Below are positions 32,955 through 35,290 of a DNA stretch of 35,290 bases, one piece after another (position 1 is the stretch's first letter; the number at the start of each line of letters is the position of its first letter). A model generated the notes under the pieces. It had not been told where the DNA came from and did no database searches. It saw only the letters and a program-made list of their open reading frames with translations. Made by a program: the position numbers and the translations under genes. Source of the DNA: an uncultured Myxococcales bacterium (GTDB lineage: Bacteria > Myxococcota_A > Polyangia > Polyangiales > Houyiibacteriaceae); NCBI GenBank assembly GCA_965365555.1, contig CBDUCC010000001.1:1-35290 (forward strand), given 5' to 3'.

Positions 32955-35290
32955 ACTACGGATTCCCTGAAAAGCATGGCCTCTACGACCCGGAGAACGA
33001 GAAAGACGCCTGCGGCGTCGGCTTCGTAGCTCAGATCAGGGGCGTCGCGTCGCATCAGATCGTGAAGGACGCCAACCGCATCCTCTGCAACATGGACCAT
33101 CGCGGGGCGCGTGGCTCGGAGACGAACACGGGCGACGGTGCGGGGATGCTCACCGCGCTACCCGACAAGCTGCTGCGCCGCGAAGCGAAGGCGCTGCTGG
33201 ACATCGACCTCCCAGAAGCCGGGCGCTTCGGCACGGGGAACATCTTTCTGCCGACCGATGAAGAGGAGCGCGACTACTGCAAGGCCGCATTCGTCAGGAT
33301 GATCGAGAACCAGGGGCAACGGTTCCTCGGTTGGCGTCCTGTGCCGACCGATCCCGATGGTGCGAACCTGGGGCCGACCGCCCTCGCGAGCATGCCTCAC
33401 ATCGAGCAGCTTCTGGTGGGCGCAGCAGACGGACTCGATCAAGAGGCTTTCGAGCGCCAGCTCTACATCATCCGCAAGAGCGCAGCGACCTCGCTCCGTC
33501 GAGACGAGCGGCTCAAGCAGCGCGGCATGCTCTACGCATGCTCCCTTTCGAGTAAGACGATCATCTACAAGGGAATGCTTGCTTGCGAGCAGGTGCTTCC
33601 TTTTTACGGAGACCTCACCGACCCCGACTTCCAGACGCACCTCGCGATGGTTCACTCTCGCTTTGCAACCAATACGTTTCCGAGTTGGGAGCGAGCCCAG
33701 CCGCTTCGTTGCCTGAGCCACAACGGCGAGATCAACACGCTTCGTGGCAACAAGAACGCCATGCAGTCACGTCAGGGTGTCGTCGAGAGCGAGCTGTTTG
33801 GCGAAGAGATCCGCAAGCTCTTCCCCATCGCAGAGGAGGGGCTTTCCGACTCCGGCACCTTCGATAACGTACTGGAATTCCTGTACATGAGCGGCCGGTC
33901 GATGCCCGAGGCCGCGATGATGATGATCCCCGAGGCCTGGCAGAAGCATGCGCACATGCCGCAGGTCAAAAAGGACTTCTACGAGTACCACTCCTGCCTG
34001 ATGGAGCCCTGGGACGGACCGGCGTCGATCGCCTTTACCGACGGAACCGTGATCGGAGCCGTGCTCGATCGAAACGGCTTGCGTCCTAGCCGCTATTACC
34101 TGACGCACGACGATCGGGTGATCATGGCGTCCGAGGTCGGAGTCTTGCCGGTGCCGCCCGAGACGGTCGCAGAGAAGGGCCGGCTCAAGCCCGGACGCAT
34201 GTTCCTGATCGACTTCGCGACCGGACGAATGATTCCCGACGCGGAGCTCAAGAACGACATCGCATCGCGGCGGCCGTACGGCCAGTGGCTGCAGGAGCAG
34301 CGCCTCAAGCTCACCAAGCTGCCGGTAAACGGCGACGCGAAGGGTTTCGAGCCTGACACGCTCATGCCCCGGATGCAGGCATTTGGTTACACCACCGAGA
34401 CCATGCAGTTCATGCTGCGACCGATGATCGAGCAGAAGCGCGACCCCGTCGGCTCGATGGGGAACGACGCCTCGCTCGCCGTGCTCAGCGATCAACCTCG
34501 CCTCAGCTACGACTACTTCAAACAACTCTTCGCGCAGGTCACCAACCCGCCGATCGACTCGATCCGTGAGGAGGTCATCATGGCGGTCGAGTGCTACGTC
34601 GGACCCGAGAAGAACCTGCTCGACACCACGGCTGAGCAGGCAAATCGGCTCCGAGTACCGCATCCCATCCTCACCAACGAGGAAGTCGCGGCGCTCAAGA
34701 CCATCGACGAACGCGGCTGGCGCAGCAAGCTCATCGACATCACCTGGCCCCGCGCCGAGGGGCCCGAGGGTCTGGAGCCGGCCCTACGGCGAATTCGGCA
34801 AGAGGCCGAGGCGGCTGTGGACGAGGGTTACAGCCTCATCATTCTCAGCGATCGCAAGGCTGGGCAGGACCGGGTTCCCGTCAGCGCGTTGCTGGCGACC
34901 GGCGCAGTTCACCATCACCTCGTACGGGCAGAGAAGCGCACGCGGCTCGGAGTCATCGTGGAAACGGGTGAAGCTCGGGAGGTCCACCACCACTGCTGCC
35001 TGCTCGGTTATGGCGCAGACGCGATCAACCCCTACCTCGCCTTCGAATCTCTGTGGCAGGAGCGTCGGCTGGGCACGCTCGATCCCGACACCTTCCCCGA
35101 TGACGAGAGCATCGTTGTCGGCTACCGGAAGGCTGTCGCGAAAGGAATGCTCAAGGTCTTCGCCAAGATGGGCATCTCGACGCTCCAGTCGTACAAGGGC
35201 GCGCAGATCTTCGAGGCGGTCGGGCTCAACAGCACGGTCATCGATTTCTGTTTCGCGGGCACTGCGAGCCGCATTCAGGGTGTCGGCTTC
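32951..35290 (+). CDS. gltB: Glutamate synthase large subunit (GltB), N-terminal 780 codons; the 3' end lies outside the window
   Basis: My translation is [31 protein letters not shown] (Ntn-amidotransferase Cys). It continues through [33 protein letters not shown] and is open to the last base. It is absent from the ORF track because no stop is reached. The ATG overlaps the lrp stop (ATGA). Confidence 0.95.
   Translation, partial: [780 protein letters not shown]

Noticed and set aside
1-35290. CRISPR arrays, tRNA/rRNA genes, IS elements, integrases, prophage or conjugation genes, and long direct or inverted repeats
   Set aside because: None was found by eye. Intergenic space is minimal, with the largest gaps about 150-170 nt, and no repeat-spacer periodicity or terminal inverted repeats were seen. 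A computational repeat or tRNA scan would be needed to exclude short elements definitively.

Overview
GC-rich segment (roughly 60-65 % by eye, strong G/C bias at third codon positions) that reads as ordinary chromosome. The gene content (eukaryote-like Ser/Thr kinase, RecBCD, alternative polyamine pathway) would fit a Myxococcota-like organism, but that is a weak inference. I recognise about 26 protein genes and no rRNA, tRNA, CRISPR array, IS element, integrase or prophage. Nothing looks like a classic defence or mobile island. Left third, minus strand, almost no intergenic space: carboxynorspermidine dehydrogenase, nspC, SRPBCC protein, recC, recB, recD, GMC oxidoreductase. recB is split into two ORFs by a one-base frame change in a G4 run at 7172-7175. 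Centre, plus strand: a two-gene module. It comprises a ~1200-aa protein with two HgdC/BcrAD-type activase ATPase repeats fused to a DUF2229-like domain, and a ~630-aa Cys-motif dehydratase-like partner. This is a BCR/HAD-type ATP-driven low-potential redox system with no substrate clue in its neighbourhood. It is the most interesting unexplained item here, and its closest architectural analogy is the anaerobic plasmalogen synthase PlsA/PlsR. Right half: di-haem cytochrome c peroxidase, histidine phosphatase, flavin reductase, two orphan hypothetical proteins flanking a dipeptide epimerase, DUF255 thioredoxin-fold protein and rdgB. These are followed by a LysM-M74 murein endopeptidase, an S1 protease lipoprotein, a tail-anchored Ser/Thr kinase, and an Lrp/AsnC regulator whose stop overlaps the start of gltB (ATGA; gltB runs off the window). 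All functional calls rest on motif recognition by eye, since no database search was possible.
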